64,000 bases of DNA, taken from the NCBI GenBank assembly GCA_947628835.1, contig CANRBL010000004.1, forward strand, positions 214 through 64,213. Direction: 5' to 3'. The stretch comes from an uncultured Clostridia bacterium (GTDB lineage: Bacteria > Bacillota > Clostridia > TANB77 > CAG-508). Below, one piece after another: positions 41,686 through 51,979 of this stretch. The notes beneath the pieces were generated by a model. The model had not been told where the DNA came from. It did no database searches and worked only from the letters and a program-made list of their open reading frames with translations. The position numbers and the translations under genes were made by a program. Position 1 is the first letter of the stretch. Each line of letters opens with the position of its first letter.

Positions 41686-42711
41686 CTAATTAATTAACAT
41701 TGCATCACCAAAACTGAAAAATCTGTATTTTTCTTTGACTGCTTCATTATATGCTTTCATTATATATTCTCTACCTGCTAATGCAGACACTAACATAAGT
41801 AACGTTGATTCTGGCAGATGAAAATTTGTTATTAACCCATCTATACATTTAAATTTATACCCTGGATAAATAAATATATTTGTATCTCCTTCAGTTTCTT
41901 TTACCATTCCTGTTTTCTCATCTGCAATAGTTTCTAATACTCTACAAGATGTTGTTCCAACAGATATCACTCTTTTTCCTGCTTTTTTGGTTTCATTTAT
42001 TTTTTCTACATCTTCTTGTTTTATGTAAAAATGTTCTGAATGCATTTCATGTTCTTCAATATTTTGTACCTTTACCGGTCTAAATGTTCCTATTCCAACA
42101 TGTAATGTTACATTTGCTATTTTTATTCCTTTTTGCTCTATTTGCTTTAATAAGTCTTCCGTAAAATGCAATCCTGCTGTTGGTGCTGCTGCTGAACCAT
42201 CATATTTTGCATATACAGTTTGATATCTGTCCTTTTGTTTTAATTCTTCGTGTATATATGGTGGTAATGGCATTAACCCTATCTCTGCCAATATTTCATT
42301 AAATATGCGACTATATTTGAATTTTACTTTTCTTGTTCCTCCATTCATTATTTCTAATACTTCCGCTTCTAATATTCCATTTCCAAATATAACCTTAGTG
42401 CCAATATGTAATTTATTTCCTGGTCGCACTATTGTTTCCCATATATCGCCTTCTATTCTATTAAGTAAAAGAAATTCTACATTTGCTCCCGTTTCTTTTT
42501 TACCATATAATCTTGCTGGTAATACTTTTGTATTATTTCTTACTAAGCAATCTCCTGGTTCTAAATAGTCTATAATATTTTTAAATACTTTGTGTTCTAT
42601 TGTTTGATTTTTTCTATTTAATACCATTAATCTTGATTCATCTCTTTTTTCTATAGGTGTTTGTGCAATTAATTCTTTTGGTAAATCATAATAAAATTCT
42701 GATACTTCCAC
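41686..42711 (-). CDS. queA: S-adenosylmethionine:tRNA ribosyltransferase-isomerase
   Basis: Full-length QueA collinearity ([23 protein letters not shown]). The GTG start abuts the stop of the upstream gene. Confidence 0.93.
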   Translation of the reverse strand: MEVSEFYYDLPKELIAQTPIEKRDESRLMVLNRKNQTIEHKVFKNIIDYLEPGDCLVRNNTKVLPARLYGKKETGANVEFLLLNRIEGDIWETIVRPGNKLHIGTKVIFGNGILEAEVLEIMNGGTRKVKFKYSRIFNEILAEIGLMPLPPYIHEELKQKDRYQTVYAKYDGSAAAPTAGLHFTEDLLKQIEQKGIKIANVTLHVGIGTFRPVKVQNIEEHEMHSEHFYIKQEDVEKINETKKAGKRVISVGTTSCRVLETIADEKTGMVKETEGDTNIFIYPGYKFKCIDGLITNFHLPESTLLMLVSALAGREYIMKAYNEAVKEKYRFFSFGDAMLIN

Positions 42712-44070
42712 TTAACCTTCTCCTTTTATTATTTTTATATTTCGAGTTATATTTTTACATAATTGTCTTATATATTCTATTATATTTTCTGGCTCCTTAA
42801 ATTCTTTTATTATATATGAATATTTAAAATTTGATGATTTTGCAGGTTTTAATGTATAGACTATTGAATCTAATCCTACTTTTTGATTTAGTGCTTGTAT
42901 ATTACAATTCATATAATCTACATACCATTTTTTTAAACCTTCTAAATTTTCTGTTTTATAACCATATTTTTCATAATCATGAAGTGCTGGAATATTATAA
43001 TTATATTCATTTAATGTTCTTTCAAGTGAATGTAAAAATTCATGTAAAAAAACCTCTTCTGGAAATGTGTTTATCCTTACATCATATTTATAGGTATAAC
43101 TAGTTGAACTATTAGGTAATCTTATATTAGAAAATCCTATTCCATAATAATCCATATATCCTAAACCAATCCAATCATTTACTTCTATATCACTATTGTG
43201 TTTTTCATCTCCTAATCGTACTACTACAAATATATGATCATAATCATTACTATTTATTATGTCCTTGATTTGACTTTCTACATCTTCTGGTCCTACATAA
43301 TACCCAAATTGCTCATCATAAGACAAACTTGTTATTGGTTCTGGTATTTCATAAATATCACATTTTGCTGTCATTTTATTATTTGTAAGTTCTTTGCACG
43401 CATCTTGAAATCTTATTATTGTTTGATTTATATCTCTTTTATCGCTATTTGTAATTGATAAATTTACATTTTTATTTTCAACATTTACATCTATACTTTC
43501 AAAAATAAAGCAAGCAAATTTCCATTCTGTACTATTATCTGCAATACCCGACTCCAATCTAAAATCTGTAAACCACACTTCTCCTCTCGCATTTCCATCA
43601 TTTCCTCCAAGTCTAAAACCAATTTCTACTTCTTCTCTATTTTTAGAATTAAATATTAGTGCTATTTCTTTCCATTCATCTGTTGTTCCCTGTATTGCAA
43701 CAGACCTTTCTGTTGAACCCACTATTGATATTTGTGCTCCTATTCCTTTTTTGTCTATTTCTGAAACTACATTTTTTGTCTTTACTTTACATGTTAATCT
43801 ATATGGTGTATTTTTATCTACTTTTATAGTTTTTGAAAACATTGCATCATTATAATCTTTTGAATATATTTTATAACTACTTGTATCTGTATATTTTATT
43901 TCATTATCTCTAACAAATTCAGTTATACCTGCTTTTTCTATATTTCTTACAAAATCATTAAAATTGTTTTTGTTATAAACTTTAATTACATAGAATAATA
44001 CAATGAACGTTATTATTAAAATGATTATATTTAATATTTTAACAATAATTTTCCCATTTCTATTTTTCAT
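42712..44070 (-). CDS. Membrane-anchored protein with jelly-roll (CBM-like) domain and HExxH domain
   Basis: N-terminal TM. Central pattern YRLTCKVKT...EWKEIALIF...GEVWFTDFRLE resembles CBM4/9-type modules. C-terminal LHEFLHSLER is a zincin-like HExxH. Confidence 0.5.
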   Translation of the reverse strand: MKNRNGKIIVKILNIIILIITFIVLFYVIKVYNKNNFNDFVRNIEKAGITEFVRDNEIKYTDTSSYKIYSKDYNDAMFSKTIKVDKNTPYRLTCKVKTKNVVSEIDKKGIGAQISIVGSTERSVAIQGTTDEWKEIALIFNSKNREEVEIGFRLGGNDGNARGEVWFTDFRLESGIADNSTEWKFACFIFESIDVNVENKNVNLSITNSDKRDINQTIIRFQDACKELTNNKMTAKCDIYEIPEPITSLSYDEQFGYYVGPEDVESQIKDIINSNDYDHIFVVVRLGDEKHNSDIEVNDWIGLGYMDYYGIGFSNIRLPNSSTSYTYKYDVRINTFPEEVFLHEFLHSLERTLNEYNYNIPALHDYEKYGYKTENLEGLKKWYVDYMNCNIQALNQKVGLDSIVYTLKPAKSSNFKYSYIIKEFKEPENIIEYIRQLCKNITRNIKIIKGEG

Positions 44071-44104
44071 ATTCTTCTTCCTTTTATAAATAATTTAATT
44101 TATA

Positions 44105-46396
44105 CTAAATCATGTCATATTCTATTACAGTAATAGTTTTTACATTAATTTTTGAAAGTTCATTATTTGCATCTTCATAAATTACTTTTCTAAACATATT
44201 TTCAGATTTTATTTGTAAATCTAATTTAGAAATATCTACTAAAAGTTGAGTACTTAAATCCATTCCTACTGGTAAAGTTTTATTTTGATTTTCATAATAT
44301 ATAATGTTACTAAATGCTATTGCATTTGTTCCTTTTTTTAAATTTATTCTATATAAATTTATATTTTTTTCTTCACAGTTTATAATATTATCTATTTCTT
44401 TTTGTGGATCTATATTAAATAAATTTAAATTCCTAGCATCTAAAGGTTCATCTTTTGTTGCTTTATATATTGAAAGTTCATTATCTATTTGAATTTTTTC
44501 TAATGCATCTTCTATATCATCAATTATACTTTCTAACATTAATTTATATCCTAATTGTTTAGAATCATTATTTATATCCAATATTGCAAATTTATCTTTC
44601 GGAACTTCTCTGAGCTTTTTATTTGCTATTTCAACAACTTTTGTTGTACTTTTCCCTATTCCTCCAAATATATCAAATTCTTCTTTTCCCCATATAACTT
44701 TTTCTTTTTTCTTTTCTTCCTTTAATGCCTTTAAACTACTTTCTATATCTTTTAAACTAGCTTCTTTATTTTTTACTTTATTTAAAGTTTCTAAAACATT
44801 CGTTGTTGTTATAAACAAACTATTTAATTCACTTTTAGAAAGTTTATCTCTTTGAATTCTATCCATATCTTTACCAAATTTTTCTAAATCTTCTTCATAA
44901 TCAAATCCCTTGGGGATTGGTATTACATTTAATGTTTCTTCTTCTCCTTCTGCTAATTGTTCAACTTCATCTTTATTACTGTATTTCCAAAATTCAAATA
45001 TACTTCTTTTATGCTTATAAATCTCTTCAATATATAATGTAGCATTTTCAATTTTCTTTTGTAAATTTTTATTTTTTAGCTTTAATGCATTAATATCCAT
45101 TACAAGATTTTTTATTTCATTTTGTTTTTTACCATATTCTTTACCTATATTACACAATTCTTCTATTGTATAATTTTCTTTTATTCTTAATTGTATATCA
45201 CTTGTTTCAAAATTATTAGTATTTGCTTTGCTTTGTTGTTTTAATATATCTATTTTATTTTCTTCTTTTCTTTTATTTTTTTTAGAAAATTTAAAAAAAT
45301 ATTTTACTTTTCCAAAAAAAGTTTTTTTACATTCTAAATATGTTGAAATCTGCTTTTCCTTTGATAAATATTCATATTCTAATTCTTTTGAAGTTTGATT
45401 TAATTTTTTTAGTTTTTCTTGCAATTCAATTATTTTATTACTACTTATTTGATTTTTTTCCATTAAGCTTATACATTCATTTTTTACAAAATGCGCTAAT
45501 TCTTCATATGTTATTGTTTCATCATTAAATTCAAAATCGATACTTCCTTTTTTACTTATTCTTGTTTCAAATTTATAATAAAATGATAGTTCACTCTGTA
45601 TAATAAATAATGCTTTTAATAGCTTATAAAACTTATTGGCTTCTACTTTATTTTCTAGATGAATTCTATATGTTGATTTTATTTTTTCATATATATACGT
45701 TTCTCCTACAATATCTATTGATAAATTATCATTTTTGTCATATACTTCATATATAATTGGCCATTCTTGTGTAAATAACCATAAATAATTTTCTAAATCT
45801 TCAAACTCGGATTTTTTTAAATATTGATGTGAATACTCTACGTTGCTAATTGGTACAAATATTTTACTTGTACGTTTTTTTTCAATTATCTTTTTCAATA
45901 CAAAGAAAAATGCTGAATAATCTGAATCTTGTATTGATAAAATCATAAAATATTTATCTGTTACTTCTGAATAATATATTTGCCATATATAATTGTGCTT
46001 ATATTTTATCTTAAATGGAATTTTTTTATTTAATTCTTTCTGTTCTTCTTCTAATTCCTCTATATCTTCTATAGTTACTTCATTTAGCATTTCTAAAAAT
46101 ATTTCATGTTTTATTTGATTTTCTTCACTATTTGGAATTAAATATGAATATAAGCTACTTGCTTTTTCATATTTTTCTTGAATTGTGTCTAATCTATGCG
46201 TTGGAGAAATTATTATTTCTATATCTTTTGCTATTATATATCTATATTGCCTATATTTATATTCCATATCTATTTTTGTTGCTCTATAATTTATTGGTTC
46301 TACTTTTTTTAAAACAGATGGTATTTTATTTAAATCTAGACCTATATATTCTAATTTTTGTTCTATGTCCGTCTTTTCTTTCTTTTTTCTGGGCAC
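44105..46396 (-). CDS. Large (763 aa) cytoplasmic coiled-coil protein of unknown function
   Basis: Long uninterrupted ORF, no TM helices, Lys/Glu-rich predicted coiled-coil middle. I recognise no family. Confidence 0.5.
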   Translation of the reverse strand: MPRKKKEKTDIEQKLEYIGLDLNKIPSVLKKVEPINYRATKIDMEYKYRQYRYIIAKDIEIIISPTHRLDTIQEKYEKASSLYSYLIPNSEENQIKHEIFLEMLNEVTIEDIEELEEEQKELNKKIPFKIKYKHNYIWQIYYSEVTDKYFMILSIQDSDYSAFFFVLKKIIEKKRTSKIFVPISNVEYSHQYLKKSEFEDLENYLWLFTQEWPIIYEVYDKNDNLSIDIVGETYIYEKIKSTYRIHLENKVEANKFYKLLKALFIIQSELSFYYKFETRISKKGSIDFEFNDETITYEELAHFVKNECISLMEKNQISSNKIIELQEKLKKLNQTSKELEYEYLSKEKQISTYLECKKTFFGKVKYFFKFSKKNKRKEENKIDILKQQSKANTNNFETSDIQLRIKENYTIEELCNIGKEYGKKQNEIKNLVMDINALKLKNKNLQKKIENATLYIEEIYKHKRSIFEFWKYSNKDEVEQLAEGEEETLNVIPIPKGFDYEEDLEKFGKDMDRIQRDKLSKSELNSLFITTTNVLETLNKVKNKEASLKDIESSLKALKEEKKKEKVIWGKEEFDIFGGIGKSTTKVVEIANKKLREVPKDKFAILDINNDSKQLGYKLMLESIIDDIEDALEKIQIDNELSIYKATKDEPLDARNLNLFNIDPQKEIDNIINCEEKNINLYRINLKKGTNAIAFSNIIYYENQNKTLPVGMDLSTQLLVDISKLDLQIKSENMFRKVIYEDANNELSKINVKTITVIEYDMI

Positions 46397-46408
46397 AATT
46401 ATACCTCC

Positions 46409-47332
46409 TTATTCTATAATGTCATAAAAATTACAAAATTCATATCCTTTTTCTCTTAAATATGAAATTATTTCTGGTAATGCTTCATATGTTGCACTTT
46501 TATCAGCTGCATCATGCATTAATATAACTACATTATTTTTTTCTCCTATGGTTTCTTTTAAATATGATATTTCTTCTTCTTTTGTACTCTTTCCTTCTGC
46601 ATCTCCTGTCAATGCATTCCAATCTACATGTGCTATATTATTACTATCAAGCAAAGCTATTGCTTCTTTTTTTATTTGCTTATATTTTCCTCCTACACTT
46701 CCTCCTGGAAATCTAAATAAATGAGAATTATAATTTGGCTCTCCTAATGCATTTTTTATAGCATCATTTGTTTTATTATATTCGTCTAAAACAGTTTGCG
46801 TATTTGTATATATTTGACTATATATATGTGAATATCCATGATTTGCTATATAATGCCCTTCTTCATATTCTCTTTTTACTATGTCAGGATATAATTCTAC
46901 TCTACTTCCTAAAACAAAAAATGTAACTTTAATATTTTCTGTTTTTAATAAATCTAGTATTGGAATTGAAATTTCTCTTGATGGTCCATCATCAAATGTT
47001 AAAAATGCTCTTTTTCGTTCTGACGAATATATATTTGATATATTATCTCTTCCTTTTTGAGTTAGTTCTGGCAATTTAGTTTCTGGACTCTGAACACCTA
47101 TTTGTACTATGTTTTCTTGTTCTTCTTGTTCTTGTTTTCTTTCTTGTTCTATAATTGCTAATTCATTACATTGCTTTTCATATTCTTCTGCACAATTTGC
47201 ATGCTTTTTTGTAATAGCAAAATAATCAAAATGATGTACAACTAATATTAAAAGTAGTGTAAATATTATAGCTATTATTGTTATATTAAATCTTCTGATT
47301 TTGTATTGCCTTTCTATTGATACTAAGTCCAT
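46409..47332 (-). CDS. Polysaccharide deacetylase (NodB/CE4 domain), membrane anchored
   Basis: N-terminal TM helix. NodB motifs FLTFDDGP and NHGYSH. Confidence 0.8.
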   Translation of the reverse strand: MDLVSIERQYKIRRFNITIIAIIFTLLLILVVHHFDYFAITKKHANCAEEYEKQCNELAIIEQERKQEQEEQENIVQIGVQSPETKLPELTQKGRDNISNIYSSERKRAFLTFDDGPSREISIPILDLLKTENIKVTFFVLGSRVELYPDIVKREYEEGHYIANHGYSHIYSQIYTNTQTVLDEYNKTNDAIKNALGEPNYNSHLFRFPGGSVGGKYKQIKKEAIALLDSNNIAHVDWNALTGDAEGKSTKEEEISYLKETIGEKNNVVILMHDAADKSATYEALPEIISYLREKGYEFCNFYDIIE

Positions 47333-47359
47333 TTTTTATCACCTGTTTTATTATTTAAT

Positions 47360-48112
47360 TCATTTATTCCTTTTCTTTAGAACTTCTATATCTCCAAATA
47401 ATCTTTCCTGATTTGTATCTACTTTGCTCCTTCTTGATAATTCTAATAATCCTGAAAATGCTGTTACTACTTCTTGCTTTTTATGATTTTTTATTGAAAA
47501 TAATTTATTGAATATAAATTTTCTATTTTTTATTAACACTCTATACATTTCTTTTACTTTACTTGAAACTGTATATGTTTCTGTTATTGCAATTTTTTCA
47601 ATATTTTTTGCGTTTTGATTTATTTTTGATTTATTTTTTTCAATTAAATTTTTATATACTTCTGAAACTATATTCTTTTCATATTCTTTTTCTAATTTTT
47701 GTTTTGGTAATTTTATATCTTCTGCTACCTTATAATATCTTTTTGAATATTCTATATAATTTTCTTTTAATTTTTTACTTATTTCTTTATATTTTTTGTA
47801 CTCTATTATTCTTCTTATTAATTCTTCTTCTGATACTTCTTCTTCATCTGCTTCTTGATTTGGTAACATTTTTTTTGATTTTATGTATAATAATGTTGAC
47901 GCCATAACTATAAATTCACTCGTTATTTCTAAATTCATATTTTCCATTTCTTTTATGTACTCTATATATTGGTCTGTTATTTCACTAATATTAATGTCAT
48001 ATATTTCCATTTTGTTTTTATCTACTAAGTGACATAATAAATCTAATGGTCCTTCAAAATTATTTATTTTTATTGAGTATTTTTTTGTTTCTAAAGTTAA
48101 TATATTATTCAT
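47360..48112 (-). CDS. scpA: Segregation and condensation protein A
   Basis: ATG 48112 follows AAGGAGC (the track start at 48169 is TTG). ScpA-like N-terminus FEGPLDLLCHLV and the C-terminal winged-helix part. Confidence 0.8.
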   Translation of the reverse strand: MNNILTLETKKYSIKINNFEGPLDLLCHLVDKNKMEIYDINISEITDQYIEYIKEMENMNLEITSEFIVMASTLLYIKSKKMLPNQEADEEEVSEEELIRRIIEYKKYKEISKKLKENYIEYSKRYYKVAEDIKLPKQKLEKEYEKNIVSEVYKNLIEKNKSKINQNAKNIEKIAITETYTVSSKVKEMYRVLIKNRKFIFNKLFSIKNHKKQEVVTAFSGLLELSRRSKVDTNQERLFGDIEVLKKRNK

Positions 48113-48198
48113 AGTTGCTCCTTGTTTAAATTCTTTTACTATTTTACTATATTGGGCAAAAAATATCAAGTATAATTTTATGTTTGTAAAATAAAAAA

Positions 48199-48251
48199 GC
48201 GAGCCTAAGATTTTCTATTAAATGCAAATTTTCAGAAAATCTAAGGCTCGC
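48199..48251 (-). terminator. Terminator-like hairpin module (compact copy)
   Basis: Perfect 18-bp stem gcgagcctaagattttct / agaaaatctaaggctcgc with a 17-nt loop, and a U-run on the minus strand. Sequence-related to 37963..38069. Confidence 0.55.
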
Positions 48252-48302
48252 CATATTTCTCTAGTACAGAAAATTCTCCTACTAGGAGAATTTTCCTACT
48301 AT

Positions 48303-48331
48303 ATAAAAAAGTACACCTCATTAGGGTGTAC
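48303..48331 (-). terminator. Rho-independent terminator of spoVG
   Basis: Stem gtacacc/ggtgtac (48311-48317 / 48325-48331) lies directly after the spoVG stop, followed by a U-run on the minus strand. Confidence 0.65.
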
Positions 48332-48339
48332 ACCATCTA

Positions 48340-48612
48340 TTATTCTGCTGATGATTCTGTATCTTGAGTATCATAAGCTGATAATATTGCTGATTGAATT
48401 TTTTCTCTTGTTTCAGCATTAATTGGATGAGCTATATCTTTAAATTCTCCGTTTGGAGTTTTTCTACTAGGCATAGCTATAAATAATCCATTTTGGCTTT
48501 CGATAACTTTTATATCGTGAATTACGAATTCATTATCGAATGTTACAGAAGCAACAGCTTTCATTCTGTTCTCTGAATTTACTTTTCTTAAACGTACATC
48601 TGTTATTTGCAT
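48340..48612 (-). CDS. spoVG: Septation/sporulation regulator SpoVG
   Basis: [11 protein letters not shown]...[18 protein letters not shown]...[23 protein letters not shown] is near-canonical SpoVG. ATG 48612 follows GGAGGTG. Confidence 0.92.
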   Translation of the reverse strand: MQITDVRLRKVNSENRMKAVASVTFDNEFVIHDIKVIESQNGLFIAMPSRKTPNGEFKDIAHPINAETREKIQSAILSAYDTQDTESSAE

Positions 48613-48787
48613 TTTGTGCACCTCCACTGTTTTATTAATTATACATATATTATTTCTTATGTATAATTATATTATTCTACTAAAAAACTTTTTTTCCTTC
48701 TTTTTTTACAAATTTTTTATTATTTTTTCACATTACACTTTTATTTAAACTTTATATGCAAATAAATAGGTTATTTTTTTATAAAAT

Positions 48788-48966
48788 CATTGAAATATAA
48801 GATTTTCATTACATTCCTCGGCTACCTTACATACGCAAATAAATTCTAAAATTAAATCCATGGCACCTCCCAAACGGTTTTGGGTTCCTCCATGGATTTA
48901 ATTTAAGAATTTATAATGCTTTTCCAGTCGCATTCGTCATTTCATTCAAATTCTTATATTTCAATG
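48788..48966. repeat. Intergenic palindromic repeat element (~179 nt, complete copy)
   Basis: Terminal inverted repeats cattgaaatataaga / tcttatatttcaatg. Inner perfect 15-bp arms aaattaaatccatgg / ccatggatttaattt. GC-richer core cacctcccaaacggttttgggttcct. The right arm is repeated at 107..155. Confidence 0.7.
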
Positions 48967-49107
48967 TTGCTTGAGAAAATTCATATAACAAGCATTATAT
49001 TGTAACTATTCAAGTAATAATTTATAATCATTATTAATAAAATGTATTGTAAAAAGTGCAATATAAGTATATAATTATATAAAAATAAAAAAGGAATGTG
49101 AATAAAA

Positions 49108-50502
49108 ATGCCAAATATAGAAAAAATAAAAAAATACAAAAAAATACATATGATTGGTATTGGTGGAATAAGTATGAGTGGTATTGCTGAAATACTAGTA
49201 AACTGGGGCTTTACAGTAACAGGCTCTGATTTTTGTCAATCCGAAACTACTGATACATTAATTTCAAGAGGAATTAATGTATGTATAGGACATAACATAA
49301 ATCTTGTTTCTAATGCAGATTTAGTTGTTTATTCTGCTGCCATAAAACAAGATGACCCAGAAATTATTGAAGCAAAAAAGCTTAATATTCCAATAATTGA
49401 AAGAGCTGATTTTTTAGGTGAACTTACCAGATGTTTTGAAAATACTATTGCAATTTCTGGAACACATGGTAAAACAACTACAACTTCAATGGTTTCACTT
49501 TGTTTTATAGAAGCATTGCTTGACCCTACAATTCAAGTTGGTGCAAATTTAAAACAAATTAATGGTAATTATAAAATTGGAAATAGCGAAAACTTCATTA
49601 TTGAAGCTTGTGAATATGTTGAAAGTTTTTTAAAATTTAGTCCTAAATCTGAAATTATTTTAAATATAGATAATGACCATTTAGATTATTTTAAAAATTT
49701 TGACAATATAAAAAATGCTTTTATAAAATATGTAAAATTATTACCAGATGATGGCTTTTTAATATTAAATGCTGATGATGATAATTGCTTATTACTTAAT
49801 AAATATACTAATGCTAAATGCATTACTTATGGTATAAATAATAAAAATGCAAACTTTATAGCAAATAATATAATTTTTGATAATAATGGTTTTGCTGAAT
49901 TTGATGTTATATATAATAACCAATTTTTTGCACATATTAAGCTTTCCATTCCTGGCAAACATAATGTACTAAATTGTCTTGCGTGTATTGCTTTATGTAA
50001 TGAATATAATATTTCTACAGAAACTATGAAAAATGCTTTACTAAAATTTACTGGTGCTAATAGAAGATTTGAGTATAAAGGTAATATTAATGGAGCTAGC
50101 ATTTATGATGATTATGCACATCACCCTACTGAAATTACTGCTACCGCTAATAGCTTAAAAAACAAGACATATAATAATTCTTGGGTTGTTTTTCAACCTC
50201 ATACTTATAGTAGAACTATAGAATTATTAGATGACTTTGCACAGTCATTATTAAATTTTGATAATATTATTATAATCGACATATATGCTGCTAGAGAAAC
50301 AAATACATATGGAGTTACCTCACAAGATTTATGTAAAAAAATAGTTTCTTTAGGTGGAAATGCTATTTATATTCATAGTTTTAGCGAATGCGTTTCTTAT
50401 TTAAAAAATAATTTAAAAACTGATGATATTTTAATAACTTTAGGTGCTGGTACTGTAACTGAAATTGGTCCTATGCTCTTAGAACAAATCAAAAATCCTT
50501 AA
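49108..50502 (+). CDS. murC: UDP-N-acetylmuramate--L-alanine ligase
   Basis: IGIGGISMSG N-terminal fold, GTHGKTTTTSM P-loop, and Mur ligase C-domain collinearity. Confidence 0.92.
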   Translation: MPNIEKIKKYKKIHMIGIGGISMSGIAEILVNWGFTVTGSDFCQSETTDTLISRGINVCIGHNINLVSNADLVVYSAAIKQDDPEIIEAKKLNIPIIERADFLGELTRCFENTIAISGTHGKTTTTSMVSLCFIEALLDPTIQVGANLKQINGNYKIGNSENFIIEACEYVESFLKFSPKSEIILNIDNDHLDYFKNFDNIKNAFIKYVKLLPDDGFLILNADDDNCLLLNKYTNAKCITYGINNKNANFIANNIIFDNNGFAEFDVIYNNQFFAHIKLSIPGKHNVLNCLACIALCNEYNISTETMKNALLKFTGANRRFEYKGNINGASIYDDYAHHPTEITATANSLKNKTYNNSWVVFQPHTYSRTIELLDDFAQSLLNFDNIIIIDIYAARETNTYGVTSQDLCKKIVSLGGNAIYIHSFSECVSYLKNNLKTDDILITLGAGTVTEIGPMLLEQIKNP

Positions 50503-50526
50503 TATTTAAATAATAATATATTAGAA

Positions 50527-50545
50527 CCCCGACACTATGTCGGGG
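50527..50545. terminator. Bidirectional terminator hairpin between convergent murC and spoIVB
   Basis: GC-rich stem ccccgac / gtcgggg with a 5-nt loop, in an otherwise AT-rich spacer. Confidence 0.7.
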
Positions 50546-50550
50546 AACAT

Positions 50551-51786
50551 TTATTTTACTTCTCTCATTTGCTTTATCATCATATCTCCAAATATTGCAT
50601 AACCTTTTGTTGGATCATTTACTAATACATTTGTAATTGCTCCTATAAATTTTCCATTTTGAATAATTGGAGCTCCACTCATTCCTTGTATTATTCCTCC
50701 TGTTTTTTCTAATAATTCTTTGTCTGTTATTTTTACTAGCATACTTTTATTATCATAATTATTTGTTACATATATTTTTTCTATTTCAACTTCATATTCT
50801 TGTGGCTTATTCCCATCAAGACTGGCTAGTATTACGGCTTTTCCTTCTTTTATTTCTTCTCTTAGTGCTACATCTAATTCTTTTGCACTATTTATATTTA
50901 ATGATGTAAAATTGCTCACATTACCATATATTCCAAATTCCGTATTTTTATATATTTGTCCTATATTTTTCTGATTTTCAACTGTTCCTTGTATTTTTCC
51001 GGGATTTCCTTTTTCGCCTTTTATTATAGATAACACTTTTGTTGTTAAAAATTCACCACTTGATATTTTTATTAATTCTCCTGTATCTATATCTGTTATT
51101 CCATGACCTAATGCTCCAAACATTTGCGTTTTTGGCTCATAATATGTTACAGTTCCAACTCCTGCTGCACTATCTCGTACCCATAATCCTATTTTATATT
51201 CATCTACATTTGTTTTAGTTGGCTTTATACTACATTCTAATGTTTGACCATCATGTAAATATTTAATATCTACATTTTCTCCCTTTGATGAATTTACTAT
51301 TTGTACTAAATCTTTTGTACTTGCTATATTTATATTGTCTACTGATATTATTGTATCTCCTTCTTTTATTCCTGAGTTTTCATATGGTTTATAACTGATA
51401 CTGTCTTCTCCTTGTATTTCAGACATTCCGACTACCAATACTCCATTTGTATATAATTTTATTCCCGCTATTGTACCAACTGGTATTACTGTTGTTTTTG
51501 GTATTATACTTACATTTACATCTTTAACATCTACAGTATTAAATAGATTTACTTTTAATGTTGTTTTTCCTACTCCATCTAAATCTTTTGTTTGTATTTC
51601 ACTTGATGTTAATACGGTTTCATATTCATTTTTAATTTTCGAAATTTTTATTCCAAAAATTGTATTTATATTTATATCTTCTCCTTGAAATACTATTATA
51701 TTATTAGGAATTGATGATATTGCCAAAACATATGTGTATATAATTAATAAAATTGCAATAATAAAAATTTTTTTAATTATTTTCAT
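50551..51786 (-). CDS. spoIVB: Stage IV sporulation signalling serine peptidase SpoIVB (S55)
   Basis: N-terminal TM, PDZ domain (GIKEGDTIISVDN), and S55 core with GALGHGITD and IIQGMSGAPII. Confidence 0.85.
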   Translation of the reverse strand: MKIIKKIFIIAILLIIYTYVLAISSIPNNIIVFQGEDININTIFGIKISKIKNEYETVLTSSEIQTKDLDGVGKTTLKVNLFNTVDVKDVNVSIIPKTTVIPVGTIAGIKLYTNGVLVVGMSEIQGEDSISYKPYENSGIKEGDTIISVDNINIASTKDLVQIVNSSKGENVDIKYLHDGQTLECSIKPTKTNVDEYKIGLWVRDSAAGVGTVTYYEPKTQMFGALGHGITDIDTGELIKISSGEFLTTKVLSIIKGEKGNPGKIQGTVENQKNIGQIYKNTEFGIYGNVSNFTSLNINSAKELDVALREEIKEGKAVILASLDGNKPQEYEVEIEKIYVTNNYDNKSMLVKITDKELLEKTGGIIQGMSGAPIIQNGKFIGAITNVLVNDPTKGYAIFGDMMIKQMREVK

Positions 51787-51979
51787 TTTTTTCTTCCTTC
51801 CTAAAGAATTTTCGTTGAATTATTAATTTTTAAATTTTGATTTGAAAATTTTTCAACTTTTTTCCTTTATCAAGGTGAGATTTCGTTTTCTCTTTATTAT
51901 TATTGCTTTTTTTATTAACTTTTTATACTGGTTTTCAATAGAAATTCTGTATATATGCCACATTTAATGAAATACTTTT

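Noticed and set aside
47360-48112. Absence of scpB directly downstream of scpA as a sign of rearrangement
   Set aside because: The downstream gene is a NodB deacetylase, but scpB may simply be encoded elsewhere. This cannot be evaluated from this window.
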